Source of the DNA: Botryllus schlosseri
Taxonomy: Eukaryota
Reading direction: 5' to 3'
Length of the DNA stretch: 64,000 bases
NCBI GenBank assembly: GCA_051294905.1
Contig: CM119373.1
Coordinates: forward strand, 25,792,001-25,856,000
This document shows positions 22,986-37,723 of the stretch, in pieces; position 1 is the first letter of the stretch; each line of letters starts with the position of its first letter. Below the pieces are notes generated by a model, which did not search any database, was not told the origin of the DNA, and was given only the letters and a program-made list of their open reading frames with translations. Made by a program: the position numbers and the translations under genes.

Positions 22986-25900
22986 AGTAGATTGGGTCAG
23001 GAGATCACATATCGTTAGCAGTTAATATGGGGTGGCTTCTACGCGACGCATGCAAAATGACGAGAGCAACTTCACAAGCAATATCGAAAATATATTGAAT
23101 TCAGGTACCGCGATACGGGGAATGGTTTTCCCGAGTTGTTATGACAATGTCCGTCGTGAATCTATAATGCAACCTCTAAAAAACGAAATATAACGTGCAA
23201 TAAGGAGTGCCTGGAAATTTGTTAACCAGAAGTGGTGGTGGTCTAATAAAATATAACCACTTTCGTAAGTATAGTAAGAGTTGGTAAATCACATATCTGA
23301 GTTATCTGAAACAGTAAAAACACGTTTTCACTGGCGTTCTCTCTACATCTATGGTTTTTCTAGATTTGAATTTTTAATTGCGAAATCAGGTTTCAAGTTA
23401 TTTTTCAATTCATCAGATTACGACCACATGATGGCGCTTGGAACGGTCACAACTCATTGCGCTTGCCTGTCGGTCATTGAACTGTTGCAGTGTTGAGTCA
23501 CCTATGGTAAGTTGCGGCGATAGAAATATGGCGTGTTATTTAAACGTCGCGCTCTTGTCGTATCATTTAATGGTGATCCATTAGGACCGAAGTGTTACCC
23601 ATACTCTTAGACGCAGATAGAAGAGGTCGTACGCATTGCGGGCCAGCGGAACTATGACGTCACCAGTATTGGCCTAAGTACACGAGATATTTCACGTCAA
23701 TGTTATAGATAAATTCCCAGAGGTTGTCAGCGGGGAATTAATTACTCCTACCTTTTCGGAGTACCCAAGTGCGTTTTGCCTACTTGCTCTACTTGCTCAA
23801 GTGCTTATGTTTCAAGTCAACTTCCCCACCTACTTCGACAGTATTTGAACGCAGCGTCTGATTGTTTACACTTTCAATTTGGTAAAAAGTGACAGTATGG
23901 TTGCGTGATGGATTTTCAGCTCTTTTGTGAGTGATATTGCTATCGAGAACCGCACGGAATGATACCTGTGTCACGGTAATTGCATATGTCCCGAGACGGT
24001 GGTCATTTCGCGTTATTCGCTAAGATTAATCTTGCAATTGTGAAAGTACATCCGCACTAGACAACCTGCTTAAGTAAGCGGCCGCTCGACATAATTTACA
24101 TTTGAAGCAATACTTCCTTGGGTAGTTTTCAAGCATCTCATTTTGTTACTTCTACATCAAGTAGTTTTGTCGTGTTTTGGAACTAGCAGTTGTCCACTGG
24201 AACAAATGCCCCCCCCCCAAATATTCATCTACTTGTAAATGAATAAAAATTGACTGGATTTCTTCGACTTATACTTGAGGAGCATTGCAGTCTCCTCTGA
24301 TCAGCTCCGCGTGTAGCTCATACTTGTATGGGTCCATGGAACTTATCACGTCACGGTTAGACATACTGTACAACGAACATCGCGCTGTTAGATGTGCTGT
24401 AAGATCTTAACAAATATTTGCAACTAATAAAATCCACACTATACGTGGAGTTCGCCACACAATAACTCTAAGGCGATAGCGATCGCGATAAATCACACGG
24501 TCTGTAATTCATTCGATGCCCATCTATTACGGGTCCTCGCGATATAGACAGGGAGATAGCGTTATGAATACGTGTACAAATAATAATTTTTTCAACACAC
24601 AATGGTGTGTGCCTTTCTCATAGAGTAGCCTCGTCTCACAAAGGCGCGCTTCTAAGTGCTTTGCAGTCGCGTATACATGGTCGTGGGCAAACGGCGCTGT
24701 GAAAGCGTCGAAAAGCGGTGGCTATCTCGCGGGATTCCGTGTACGCAAAGGCGCCCAGCACAAATACCTACTAATAGCTCGGACGACGCGGTTCTCGGCG
24801 GACTTTTCACCTTTCCGCGAGCGCTCATCAATAACGAAGTGGACGGACTAGTTCGTGACATAGACTGGCATTGTGAGAACGGGGCCACGTATTTCGTTTA
24901 TGCTATTTGACACGCTGAAATGATCCGGAAAATGACGCAATCTCAACCGTGTATACCATAGCACTCGTGGGAGGAAATGTGATTTCTTTCACGGTCGTTG
25001 TCATATTCAACTGCTTCACTTTAGAGATTTTCAAATCCGAATCGAAGTAGTGAAAATCAATGGTCACGAAGTAATTCATTTTGCGAGTAGTGGAGCGTAT
25101 GTTTTGCCTCCTTGTTCTAATACAGTAGTTATGCTTTAGATTACTTCTACCGAACAGGTTTCTCGGCAAATCTATTGACTTGATACATTTTGGATTTCGT
25201 AAAGTAGAAAGTAGTTTTGAGGTGTGCCTGCATACTTTTTATGAATGAAATAGTCGATACAACTGGACGAAAGAGACCTTTTATCACGGTAACTGAATGT
25301 CTTTACGAAAATTACACGTTGGTCATTTTGCGCTAGTCTCTGATACGCGCCTGGAATTTCTATAGGCCAGCAACGATTACCTGAGAAAAGTATGCGACCC
25401 ATCGACCACTTCTGCACTTTGTAATTAGGTACTTGAGTACATAACATATATTCATTCTATTGTACTTGATATAGTTTTGAAATGGCTTTGAAGTGATACT
25501 GCTACTTGTAATTAGCTATAAATTTACGGTGTTACTTTGACCTCTATTCGAATGGAAACGCTGACTGCTTTGTCCAGCATTGCATATGTTCGATTGCTGT
25601 TGTTTCCACCCGTAGCAGGTTGGAGTGGATGTAAGATTTTCGAATCCAAAACCTGTTCCGGATTAGAGGTCCTAATCCCAATCCTCTTCGTAAAAGTCAT
25701 CAAGTACCACCGCTTAGCGTATATCCGTAGTCGTCTTGAATTCGACGAAATCGGTTGATGACTCCCGTCTCTATATCCGAATCAGTGTTCGATCTTGCAA
25801 ATATCCTGAACCGGAACCAGGTATTTCCAATGTTAAATCTATTCCCATTGCCGATGCTTGGCTATAAACCTGCCGCCAGCATGGATTTCGACTTTTAGAC

Positions 25901-27394
25901 TTGGTCGGTCTCATAACGTAATTACCAAACCGTGACGTCGCTCAGACGCTGCCCTGAAAGAAAGCCGTGTCATATAAGGATTCTCGGCTCGGATGGTTGT
26001 CAGAATTCATTGTCGAAATGATATACCTACACAGCACCTTGATTATGAATAAAACTAAAAGATTCAAAGGAAGGGACGTGGAATTTGACCAATACGAAAT
26101 GAAATTAACAGAGTTAACTAAGTTAACAGAGTTTAATTAACTTACAATACATTGGCGTTGACCTGCGTAGCGTTGACGGTAAACTGAAAAGCACAATGAC
26201 ATAGATCTATATTGCTGCAATGTTGCTAAGTCTTAAAAACGTGTTTCCTATGGCTCAGATGAGATTTTCCGCTACGGTTAAACGTCCACGTGAGCTGTGA
26301 TTGAAATCGACCCATTTGACGCCGGCTGTCTACTGTCTTCCTAATTCAATTGAACGATCTATCACTTTCATTAAAGTGTCAATGTGCTGATTCGTGATTG
26401 ATCCAGCATACTGTTGAATCTGCATCGAGAAGACATTGACCGCGTACCGAAATCGTTTCCTATGAAACCGCAAGATCTGACTCTAGTATTGCATTATCAA
26501 GCTTTGATGTTACGGTTGTAAAAGTATGGAATTCGGTTTGAAAGTCTGGTTTCAAGCTCACCTTTCAGGTAGCTTTCGACCTTACTAACGTAAATTGCAA
26601 CGTTCATCTCAGTAGCGAGCCCTCACTGCTTGACAGCGACGCCAAGACTTTCGGACAAATCCATAGCGGTATGGCTGTAGCTATATTGGAATCACCACCA
26701 AAAGCACTACGCCGCTACCACATTGAGTTTTGTCATACATGTAATTGAGAATATGGAGCTAGTTATTATGCTCTTCAAGCAGAAATAGTAGGTCCAAGTA
26801 AGTATGCAGAAATCGACGAAATCTGTGTCCTGGAGAGATGAAAATATACTCAAATTGGGGAAAAACTGGGTCTGAACATTTGGACATATAAAACAAATAT
26901 TACGCACTCCAAACAGGTATACAAATTTGTCACCTCATGTTTCGTTATTGAACCCATTCGGATGACTTGTCTCGTGTTGTACCCACAGCAGCAAACCAAC
27001 ACAACATACGTCTTCGATAAGTAGCGCAATCGCAAGCGTAAAATTATTTGAGTAAATACATTCGTTTTGCTAATTAACCGGTGTCCTTTCCGCCCCCAAC
27101 GGCATGGTAATAGCCAAAACATATCTTTCTCGACGAACAGCCCGATTGTCATCTGCAGACTCAATCGGCATCAAGAATCTGTTTTGAGTGAAATCGACCG
27201 TACCCTTTTGACCCATTCCGCGAACGGCTACCGTTGTGAGTCATATGGAATATGCCCAGAAAATCGCCTTTTGTGACCTGCGCCGGTTGTTAGTATCAAA
27301 ATATCGGACGCGGACACTTCAAGTATGGGTACAGTGGTAACGGCTTAGCGTAAACTGTACAGATATTTCAACTTTCCACATCACAAATACTATA

Positions 27395-27485
27395 ACGATG
27401 TCAAAATGAGTGATACTGCACTCGACTCGAACTCGATTTGGAATCAAATAACTGAGGTTTACTCGATTTCATGTGCCCATATTTA
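27395..27485 (+). mobile_element. Right-end fragment of the TAGGGCTGGGCA MITE family
   Basis: GATGTCAAAATGAGTGATACT..CTCGACTCGAA..GATTTGGAATC..TACTCGATTT..TGCCCA aligns with 21338-21436 and 51210-51306. Confidence 0.5.
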
Positions 27486-30400
27486 ACGTCGAGGTAAAAC
27501 GTGGTAATATCTTGAAAATCTCTTGCACACTGGACAATGATTGTTCCCGTCGGTACACAGTATATATACAACCTAATATCTCAGCTTCCGAACCGGAAGG
27601 TATTCTCAACGCCGGTTCATTCAAATCTAAATGCATGTCGATATCCGCTTGATCTGTGTGGAAATTTAAACTCTAACGTGGCTATCCGTATTGGCTATAC
27701 GTTCTTCACAGTCGTAGTCCTTTTTGCCTTTAGACAAGCCGAACAACATTTTCACCTCGCCAGTGAAACAGAATGCAACTACACAAGGCTCATATCTTCT
27801 ACTGCAAGTATACTCTTAATGGGTGGGTATCTTGAATATTTATTTTGCCATCGTTATATTTATACGGCAGAATTTACGTAAAGGAGTTGATAACCGTTTC
27901 ACCCATATAACCGTGCAATCGTTACATTTCCTTCGTAGTCGAATATATTTCATGACTCGAATATTTAATAAAATAGATCACGCCGCAATTCCATATCCAA
28001 TTGGTGATTTTCTCGCGCATATTGCGTGTAATGACAAATCAGTTCAATAATGGCATGGCATCTGTATTTTGGAATCCTAATTTTAATCTGAAAAGCTTCT
28101 CGGAGGTACGGCACTTCAATACACTATTCAATTGTTTAATTTTAAACTGTTTCGAAGGGTGTTAAATCCGAATCTGTGCTAATCTTTGCCATCCTATGTG
28201 CCCGTGTTAATGGTATCCAATTATCGACACCAAGTTCGAATATGATTCACCTCATTGCTGCAATCGCTTAGCAGGGTAAAATCGTGCATTATCACGTGCT
28301 GAATCATCAATTCCAAAGATCGTTATACTTCCGATGATACAATAACGAATAACCTGCATCTCTATACCACATACAATACAGTTTCCTGATGTAACTTGGT
28401 GCACAGTCTCGGACTCGGACACTTTCCACTATAACCGGAGAATGTCCATCTATTTCAAGATCAACGATTGCTGCTGGAAACATCAACGAATACTTGACGA
28501 TTACAAACTCGTATAGGCCACATACTGGACACAGCTCGGGATTCGCGTGAAATCGAAAAGCAGCTCATCGTTTCGCTAGTTCCTTTTGACGCCTGCTCGA
28601 TTTCACGCCTTGCTCGTCATAGAAACAACATTTGCCGACATCCAACACGCAGGAGTCGCTCAGACAGGTACAATATGTCATTAATATCGTTCTAACAGAC
28701 GGTTGCAGATTTTTATTTGCGTATTCTGACTTGGGACGTAAACGAATTCGACTTTCATCATAACTAGACTTGTGCACATGCATATTGCCATATGTAACTA
28801 TGTGACATGCTTATACCGACACCACAGGCATGCCGGTTTTTGGATGTGACACGAACCCACCCATCACATCGATTTTTCCCACCGGGGCAATAAAGCAATA
28901 AACGGAATACGATAATGATATACATACGCTTCCATACAACCTCGGTTGGACGATGCCAATGTCAGACAGTCTTCACTGACTAGCATGGACTATTCTACTT
29001 CCACTGCTTGAATATTTTACTCACTCAGACCTTGGGTGAATTTTGTTTTATGGCATCGTCAACAATCCGAGTGCACGTAGTCATGGAATTGATGCGTGTC
29101 TCGTACAGTGACAGCATATAGGCAATGAATAATTATATTCCTTTACCGAAGTGTGGTCGAAACAGTACAGTTTACTGGTTATCGCCAAGCACAATCTGAT
29201 ATAGGTAGTGTTCAGCACGCTAGTATGGAATGGGCTTCGTGATAAATTGGCCTGCTGAAAAGTGACCGTAGATTTAAAGAAACGAAAAACACCACATCAA
29301 CATCAAGCGATATCTGGAATGAGAAATTTGTGGACAGTAGCCGTTGCCCGCGCATAGTACACGCTCGTGACCCCTTGCGTACGCACCTACACGAACGTAT
29401 GTACTCACAATTACAGCACTTTATCCTATACATTCACGCGTATTACCATTCGATTTTCCTGACATATCTTCTCCGACCGAGACAGCCTTTCACAAGCCAC
29501 TTACCCCACATTACTAAAGGTCATGCGCACCTCGCCGCGGAGAAACCGCGCTAAGTGTCTACACCTTCCGTGCTAATTGTGGGATGAAGAGAACAAAATT
29601 ATATCGCAGTCTGGAAGTAGAACTATCCCGGTAAAGCGACTGCTTCGAGATTAACTCGCGATGGTGGTGGTATGTGGTCAGTGCGAGAATTACCACACAT
29701 TTGGGCTATTACGTGCTATCTACAAACAGGAAGAGAGTGTTAATAACGATGCACTTGTTCACAGAAGAACTATTTGCGCTAATTACCGATGTGGCTTTTA
29801 ATTAGGGATTCCTATCTAGCGGTGTAATATCGATCGAATACAAAGCCTACGGTTAAATGTTCTCGAAATCTTGCAATATCGTCGTGGGTGACATTCGCAA
29901 GAAGTAGCACCATAAACCAGGGGATTGTTGGGAAACCACTTCCTTCGAAAGATATTCTTGCCTAATATGCAATCTTTTTTAATGTCAATCGGTTGATTGA
30001 TAAAAGCATATGGACTCTCATATTCTTAATAGTTTGAACGAGAATAGAAAACATTATTTGAAGTGCAAACTCTATTAAATGTACAAATTTACATGCGCCT
30101 TTTACTGAAAAATGAATAGAATGCGGCCAAAGTTTCAATCACTCCTAAACCACACTTTTCGTGCTCTGAGAAAACCCCAGTATCGCGTGTAACCATGCAC
30201 AATGTCGTGTGTAGAGCTTCGCTCTTACATGTCAATGTATAAGTACATGAAAGTATAATGATTCATGTCAAGTGACATGTCACACCGCACAAATGATATT
30301 TATGTCACTGCGTAATGGGCATAATAAATAATTGAAATATCAGTATTGTTAACTATGTACCACGACGATATTGGAGTCGACATATCGGCCGAACTCGGTT

Positions 30401-30764
30401 TGAACTCGTCGTCAACCAGGGAATATTTGCTCTAAAAGTTACGCCCGCTAGAAGGTATACTAATTGCGGCTCAAATGACTTAACTTGATTAACCAATATT
30501 CGCACCGATGACGCGGTTAAGTGCTTGCAATAAGACGGAAGCTACGTTAAAGGCTTATGCAGCGGCGGCAACACACCAACAATAGACCTCGGTTACGGAG
30601 CCGCTTTTAACCGCGGACCATCTTGTGTACATTGCAATCAAGGCAAGCCTCACAGAGCGTCATTATCTTATATTACCGAAATGTAGCCGCAAATTTGTAC
30701 AATAAATCCGCGGCGCACGCTCGTGAAAAGACATTAAAGTGTAGTTGCTTGAAGTGAATTCCCT

Positions 30765-30879
30765 GGATTAACTTTTCTCGGATTAGGATTAGATTCGGAT
30801 TAACTTTCGCGTAAGTAAAAGACAAACACGCCACGACAATACACTCAGGGGCAAGCGACCCTGAAATAGGAGTTAATCC
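30765..30879. promoter_or_regulatory. Cluster of K50-homeodomain (Otx/Pitx/bicoid-type) motifs; candidate enhancer
   Basis: GGATTA at 30765, 30780, 30786 and 30797, plus TAATCC at 30874. Function is inferred only. Confidence 0.4.
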
Positions 30880-32763
30880 GGTTTAGGTCTGACTAAGGTT
30901 TCATCAAGCACGCGTGATACATAATGACTGTACGAGTTGTTGAGGTAATTGGGATTCGACTGTAATGATAACCCAGATTTTATCAAAAAGAATTGGTGGT
31001 CTAGGAATGTGGTTTTTATGCGTTGTGATTGCGCTCGAACCCTAACATACTTTTGTGCTACACCCCGTCTTGACGTGCCTGCCAAGATTACAGAATATAA
31101 CCTCAATATTACGTGTCATGTCACCCTCAATGCAAGACACTCCCAGCGCTATTTTTGAGCTGATATTGACTGTGGCGAGCGTCTAACCGACCGTACACTC
31201 ACCCGTAAGACTGTGCACGGTTCACAGCAGGAAATGTATAGATCCCACAGCTTTGTAGCGTGACATACGCGCTAAAAATTACGAGATATGGCATATTATA
31301 TATCTTGATTAAAAATCACCCGCGTATAATGACAGCGTGAGGTGATCGGGTATGTGTTCACAAGATTAGACGAATATCGCATCTGCCTTGTGCGCAGCAA
31401 TCCAGCTTAACGTTATAATGCGTGTGATTACGATTGGATTCGATTCTGTTTTTATTACGAATACCCCGTCGTGGATTTAGCAATTTGGATATTGAAAAAC
31501 CAATGTGTCTTGAGTTTGAAATTGGTAATGCTGGCATATGCTAGTCTGGCTGCAAGCTCGTTCCTGATGCCTTGTCACGCAAAATGGACCGTGCCGGCGA
31601 CTAAGAAGCTTGCAGGCCATTGCAAATTCGTGACTTGAATTATACGGAATCTTATTGGTGCCGTTCTTGATCAGAGTGTGAAGTTATGATTGCAGAAATT
31701 ACGACAAGAGACTTTGAAATCAAATGTGTGTGAGTGAGTGTGTGGCAACAACAAAAACCGATAAGTAGAAGTAGAACTAGTCTACAATGATGACCACTTA
31801 ATAATTCGTGAAAGTAGACAAAGGTGAGCACCGACCACCTCTAATTGTAATTGAGCTGAAATTCATAGCGTTGCTTTTACTTGTAATTGATTAGTTACAC
31901 TGACCAACTTGACCTCTTCTGTCGGCTGTACAATAGCTACATCATTACAGCGGATTTCAACGGGGGCTTAGCGAATCATTCGGCGTCTGTAGCAGTTGAT
32001 TCACGACACGGGGTCATTGCGATTCATGAATCATCACTCGCTGCGCGGTCTGGCCAATCTAATTACGTCTGACCGCTAGCATCAAGTCTCTTGGATCTCA
32101 GGTAACCAGCAAACGCATCGGCACTATGCAATCTCCAGCCACGTTGCGGTTCACAACATACGCGGAATCCGCTACCCCACAAAGGTCCAGCTCCAAAGCC
32201 AATTGTACAGTCACGCCGAACGCCATACGTGAGGAAATCGCAACGCCACGCGAAGTTCATCGTTGGGGACGTGTGACGGAACAAACGGTCGTACGCGTCA
32301 CAATCGAAAGGTCTCTTTGGAGTTGTCAATCCTTGGGCGGAGATCGCGATCCCGACCCGGCGGGAAGCGTTTGCTTGACGGGGCGTGCTGGTGATAAATG
32401 AATGTAGCTCCCTTCTCGTTTCGATAATAAGCACAGGTTTCTGGTATTTGTCACGTCGTTTTTCTATCAATGGCGCTGTCATGGATGAACCGTAATCCCC
32501 GTGGATTGGTGTTTTGAGAAATAGTAGTGAAACACAACTGCACATCCGTTTAACTAACGTTGCCCTTTCTTTACTTTTATTGATCTGCTCATTGCTTACC
32601 TGCATCTTTACGTAGTGGGCCGCAGGTACTCGAATGTTCCTGACTAGTAAATGACTATGTAAAATACTGTACAATACAGGATTCGGCCCTACCTCTTGGA
32701 CCACCTAGACAAACTAAACAATTTATGTTGAGATCCATTTGCACATAAAGCTAAAAACAGTAT

Positions 32764-32855
32764 CAGTGTGAGCGGTGGAGTCGTAGTTTGGATAATTTTC
32801 TCTTGATGGAGTCGGAATCTCATAGACCTTCTAAATACCGTTGGAGTTGAAGTTT
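32764..32855 (+). mobile_element. Degraded left end of the GGAGTC-repeat MITE family
   Basis: GTGGAGTCGTAG..ATAATTTTCTCTTG..GGAGTCGG..GGAGTTGAAGT aligns with 47935-48000. Confidence 0.4.
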
Positions 32856-34062
32856 TTTATGGAATTCATGGTGTTTGTCGACTACTATGGTCATTTACAC
32901 CAGGCCAATTTTCTTCATTTCTATTAAGTAGATGCCGACTTGTGGCACGACCAACTTCTAGGCATTTATAAGACACCGCTTGCACGGATAAGATGGCCAA
33001 GAGGAGCCTTGATACCAGCGCCCCCTCCCCACACACATACTTGGGTAGGAATTGTGCAGTCGGCCTCGGAGTGGGATTTGTGGAGTTCGGCACCAAGTAT
33101 AATGTAAAATAAAACGATATTTTCTTAAATGTTACTATTGTCATTGTAGTTACAGAAGTTGTTAAGTTATTTGTCGTGGGTGGACTTTCACAATCTTCGT
33201 TTCCTTCTGTTAGCGAAGTGTTTTGTTTCTAATAAATAAATCGGTATAAATAATAATAAAAATGCAATAAATGTTTAATTTTCCGAGTAGATTTACAGGA
33301 ATGTCGGGGTCACAGTTTGAGTACCGCGTAGAAAATAATGGCAGTCGAAGCTGCAGTTGGATTCGTGCTTTTAAAGTTTCCAGAGTCGGTGGCAAAGTGA
33401 ATCGACTCGTCACCCTGGTAGTGACCACCTTACTTGCCAAATACCACGATTTTCCGATCAGCTCAGGACGTGGACATGTGAAATTTCTCATTCGCCTTTA
33501 CTATTGCTTATTGTTTTCACAGGCAACACGAGATTGATCGCTTATCATGTTGGAATCTGGTAATTGCCGTCCGAATATAAAGAAAAACTGATGGAAACCT
33601 TTACTTCTCACACGGTGGCTGTTTAATGATTACGGTCGGGTAAGATTCCATTACTATTTCATTACGATTTAATCAATAGTATACGGGGGCGGCATCGGGT
33701 CGTGTACTAATATACATTGCGTCGGTACCCGAAGATTAATGCTGCAATATTTCAGCTTGATTTGAACCCGAAAAGCTTAGAAAAACCTTAGATTGACTGA
33801 TTTGTTATTCTCCCGATTTAGTTAGCAGTGTCCAAAGTTGTATTCGATCAAGAACCCGTAATGCATGCCCCCACTACCAAAACTCGAATTAACTACATAG
33901 TTTCCACAATTTTGAGTTGTTCACACAGTTTGAGGTGCAACCTTAACAACAACAGCAATATCACGTCAAGTATATAGTGCGACATCGCGTATATGTATGC
34001 GCTTTGAATGTTCAAAACGAACCGGTCGATTCGTTCCGAGAATGCGGTGCCCCACAAAACCC

Positions 34063-34165
34063 TAGCCTAGAACAAAAGTGAGCCGTGCTATACATGCCGG
34101 CAGTTCTGGAATGATGAAAGGTTAAATCGGACTGGTGTAAATTAACCATTGCCGGAACACTATTC
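34063..34165 (+). mobile_element. tRNA-derived SINE, 3' fragment (copy 1)
   Basis: AGCCTAGAA..AAGTGAGCCGTGCTA..GCCG.CAG..TGGTGTAAATTAACCAT..AACACTA aligns with the 3' halves of 38854-39105 and 44727-44996. Confidence 0.5.
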
Positions 34166-35549
34166 ATTTTGATATTGAAGTTATGTACCACCAAAGTCTC
34201 TTCGGCATGAATTTACCAAAACAACGACAACAATATTTTCAAAGTGGCGAAACGACGCTATTGTTGGTTTCTCTCGGCGTTAAATTCTTCTTATGTTAAC
34301 GTTTCTGACTCGGTGGTATTTACTATCACATATAATATCAGTGATTGTAAGGATCACTGACTTCGAAAAAGTTTTGATGGCGTTTTTAGTCACTGTATCG
34401 CTTTTCTTGTGTATCTACCCGACCCCGAGAGTGTTTATCTCTTGATCCGCTTTCTCTAGAGTTTCCCGCCCGGTTGACATTATTGCTCAAGTCTCCACTC
34501 ACAGTCGAACAAGAAATCATCCACTCAACCGTTGTATAAACATAACTTTGTTTTCGCTTTTCCGCGGGCACCACACCGTACGCACACAAGTGCCGGTGAT
34601 TCACGCGCGGCGCGACTGTCTTATCGCGGAATACGTTTCCCAAGCATTCGCCACGGCGCAAATGAGGAGTGTAATACACTTCGCTGTATTGAAACGAGGC
34701 GACTGCGTCATTTCAATCCGGCGGTAATATGGTGACGACACGGAAAAGCTGATTGTATAGTATCCTCTCGAGAGTATGACTGGATGATAAAACGAGCGGT
34801 ATCGAAGTATGCTACAGTTTGTGTATACTTATAATTACACCCGTCCGAACTTTTGGGATGTTTACCACCAAACCGCGCAATATATATGAGGACTGGCCCT
34901 CGTGCAGTGATTTATATACAGATATGGTCAGATTTGTTACTCCAGTTGGAGCAGACGTACCGTCGCGAATTTGTACTCAATCATATGTCAAAGTGAAAAT
35001 TTACAAAATATATCACGAATACGTCAAGGGAAAGCAGAAAATGAGAAATCCTGAAAACTGCTCAAGCAACTACATCCGGCAAATAGAGGTGGTCGAGGGG
35101 TCGCATATACTTTCAACAGGAAAAAGAGGCGTTGGCCACATTCGAAATATTAGGATGCACCACCGTAACCAACGCAAAATGACTATCAACAATAAATATA
35201 GGTTCTTGGAGGTATACAGAACTTCAAAGTACAATTGAATATACTATTCAAATATAGGTTTTTCAGTTATCGTAATACGTGGGTTATTTCACGTGGCTTT
35301 TTACGATAATTCATCTCATAAAAGGCGATGGAAATTTCCCGCAAACAAATTAATACCTTTTACAAATCGAAATTGTAAAAAATACATAGGTTTGAAGTAG
35401 AATGATGAAGTAGACTGATGAAGTATAATTATAAGTGGTATAAAAACATTCCCCCATTCAGTAAGTAGTGCAGGTAGGCAATCTCTCTCGTGTACTTTGA
35501 AAACTTGTAAGCCCCCTCCCGTAGCCACTATTGCCTTTAGAATGTAGAA

Positions 35550-36269
35550 CAGTGATTCCCAACCGCGCGGTTCTCAGAGCCGCAAGAAGGCTACCTTGGA
35601 GCCGCATGCCTATAAATGTAATAGACGACAGTTGTTATTTGTTTAGATGAATAGTTTTAGTCAATTACTCATTTTCAGTATATAAATGCTAAAATGAGAG
35701 ATATTAGATACGTTTAAAGCCGTCCAAGTCCGCTTCTGAAAACCGGGAAAGAGAATTCTTGCAGACTAGCGTCAAACTCATGTATGAATATTGAATACCC
35801 GTCAGAACTGTCAATACTCTGTGGACAGTAAATTTCGACATATAATTTTACTAACATCAGAATAATGGCTCATAGTCAAGTATATATTGCAATTAGTCTA
35901 ATATTACTCAGCGTATAATGCCCCGCAAACTTCTGCATTAAGTGCTGGAATGAATGAAGAGCTATCACATAACGACATAATAGTATGTTGTAGTAATGAT
36001 ATGCATCTTCGGTTTATTTCAATGTATATCACTCGCCATACTGCGTCTACCAATGCTAAAATAACCGATGTAGAATCTACAGAAGTGTATGTGCATACAT
36101 TTAGATTTACATTTAAATTAGCTGGATGGTGAGATGCAGAGGTAGGCTATAGCTAACTGTAAATTCTCGTTATAAATAGCCTATTCGAGTGTTTTCATGC
36201 GGCTCCGTACATAGACTACTCTAAAGTATGAAATGCGTCTCCTACATCCGAAAAAGTTGGGAACCACTG
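35550..36269 (+). mobile_element. hAT-type MITE, 720 bp
   Basis: TIR CAGTGATTCCCAAC / GTTGGGAACCACTG (13/14); TSD ATGTAGAA (35542-35549) / ATGTAGAC (36270-36277), 7/8; subterminal GAGCCGCA / TGCGGCTC inverted motifs. Confidence 0.88.
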
Positions 36270-37677
36270 ATGTAGACCCACAATATCATACGACTGTATG
36301 CGAATCAACAGCAATTTCACCTCTATGGTTGGATTCGCATTATTTGTTATGTGTTACCCTCCATTTGTGTATGCAAAAGCAAGTCATTGCGTTGCAGCAT
36401 TTTGACCTGGGTACTATGAAATTCATCAATATTTCATACTCTTGTCCGTGCGATCCTATAATTCATACTTAGCAAATTGCATGAATAGCGAACCATGGCG
36501 CGAACAAGAAAATCATAATTAACAGATTGTACGATACTCACTTTTCAGAACATGTTATGCTACCAAATCAACGCAATTGGACCAGGTAACATGCCGATTT
36601 CGACAGAAACACAACCACTCAAACTCAATGCACAAGCCTTGAAGGTAGTATCCACGATCCCCCCTCTCTCTCTCTGTCTCTAGCTGTGAAAGTGCATGAG
36701 TATATATTTAAAAAAAAACGAATTTCTAAAATAGGATTTCTGAAATCAGTCAGACATTATGGGACAGTTTAGGAATTTTACAATTACAGATGGAATCGAA
36801 TTGAGTATGAATCCTCGTAATAGGTTGACTCGACGCAGTTGTAAACATCTATGGGAGAATCAGTAAACTGTAGTTGTACGTACACCTCTGCTCCACCCCT
36901 ACTTCTACGCAAAATGGGAATTCAACCTGGCAGTAATAACACGTAAATTAGAGGTATCAACATTAGCAATGTTCGAATATTGTAACCGAACACAATCAGA
37001 ACCTAATCAGGGTTTCGGCGAATTGGATTTGAATCCACCACTAAAACAAGGCCCCTCGGCGAGGCTTCCGAGAATCACTTTTCGAAAGATCGCCCGGGAG
37101 ATTGAATTTGTTTGTTTTCGAAATTACAAGTTATCTGCAAATGGATCTGAGCCCCATATCCCTTGCGTATCAATCAAACTGTAAAAGATATCGGAAAGGT
37201 CCAAACATTTCTGAACGGGCGCCCTCGTTTTCACGCCACCGAGATTAAGTTCCCACAGATCCCACAGGATTGTGTTATTATAGCGTATTTTAATCAAAAT
37301 ATTCGCTTTTTGAAGCGATGCCCTACAAAAATATAAGCTGACCATGACGAATGCGATGGAACTCTAACACCTTCCAATTTTTTGGTTCGCAAAACAACTC
37401 CATATGAACGGAGGAGGTTAATGTATAGTGAGCATTGCTATTCAATGGGAAGTATAGAAGTAGCGACATTGAATTCCTACCCAATTGCAAGTCGAAGAAG
37501 GCAGTTCCAAGACCTGTCGAATGGTAGTAGAAAATGAAAAGTCTGATAGGCACTCAAGTAGATTCAAAACCTGATTGGGTCTACGTATCGCATACTTTCG
37601 CCAGCCCTGAGTCCTTCCCGGATATACAAGAGACATATTCGCGACTGATACCAAATTAGTGGTACCACTACGCATTA

Positions 37678-37723
37678 TAGAATCTTCGGCAACATATTCA
37701 GTTACCGCTCTTATGACAATTTC
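37678..37723 (+). repeat. Short dispersed repeat, copy 2 (copy 1 at 15898-15961)
   Basis: TAGAATCTTCGGCAACATATTCAGTTACCGCTCTTATGACAATTTC. Confidence 0.6.

Noticed and set aside
28500-28670. Peptide ILDTARDSREIEKQLI faintly like a Penelope GIY-YIG C-terminus
   Set aside because: No upstream GIY/YIG or RT motifs; similarity is too weak to support.
22838-31842. Pairing TAGAGG.. (22838) with ..CCTCTA (31842) as one 9-kb element
   Set aside because: Flanks TATATTTG and ATTGTAAT do not form a TSD and there is no internal transposase.
34819-35238. 139-aa plus-strand ORF
   Set aside because: Non-ATG start, no recognisable motif, no convincing splice sites.
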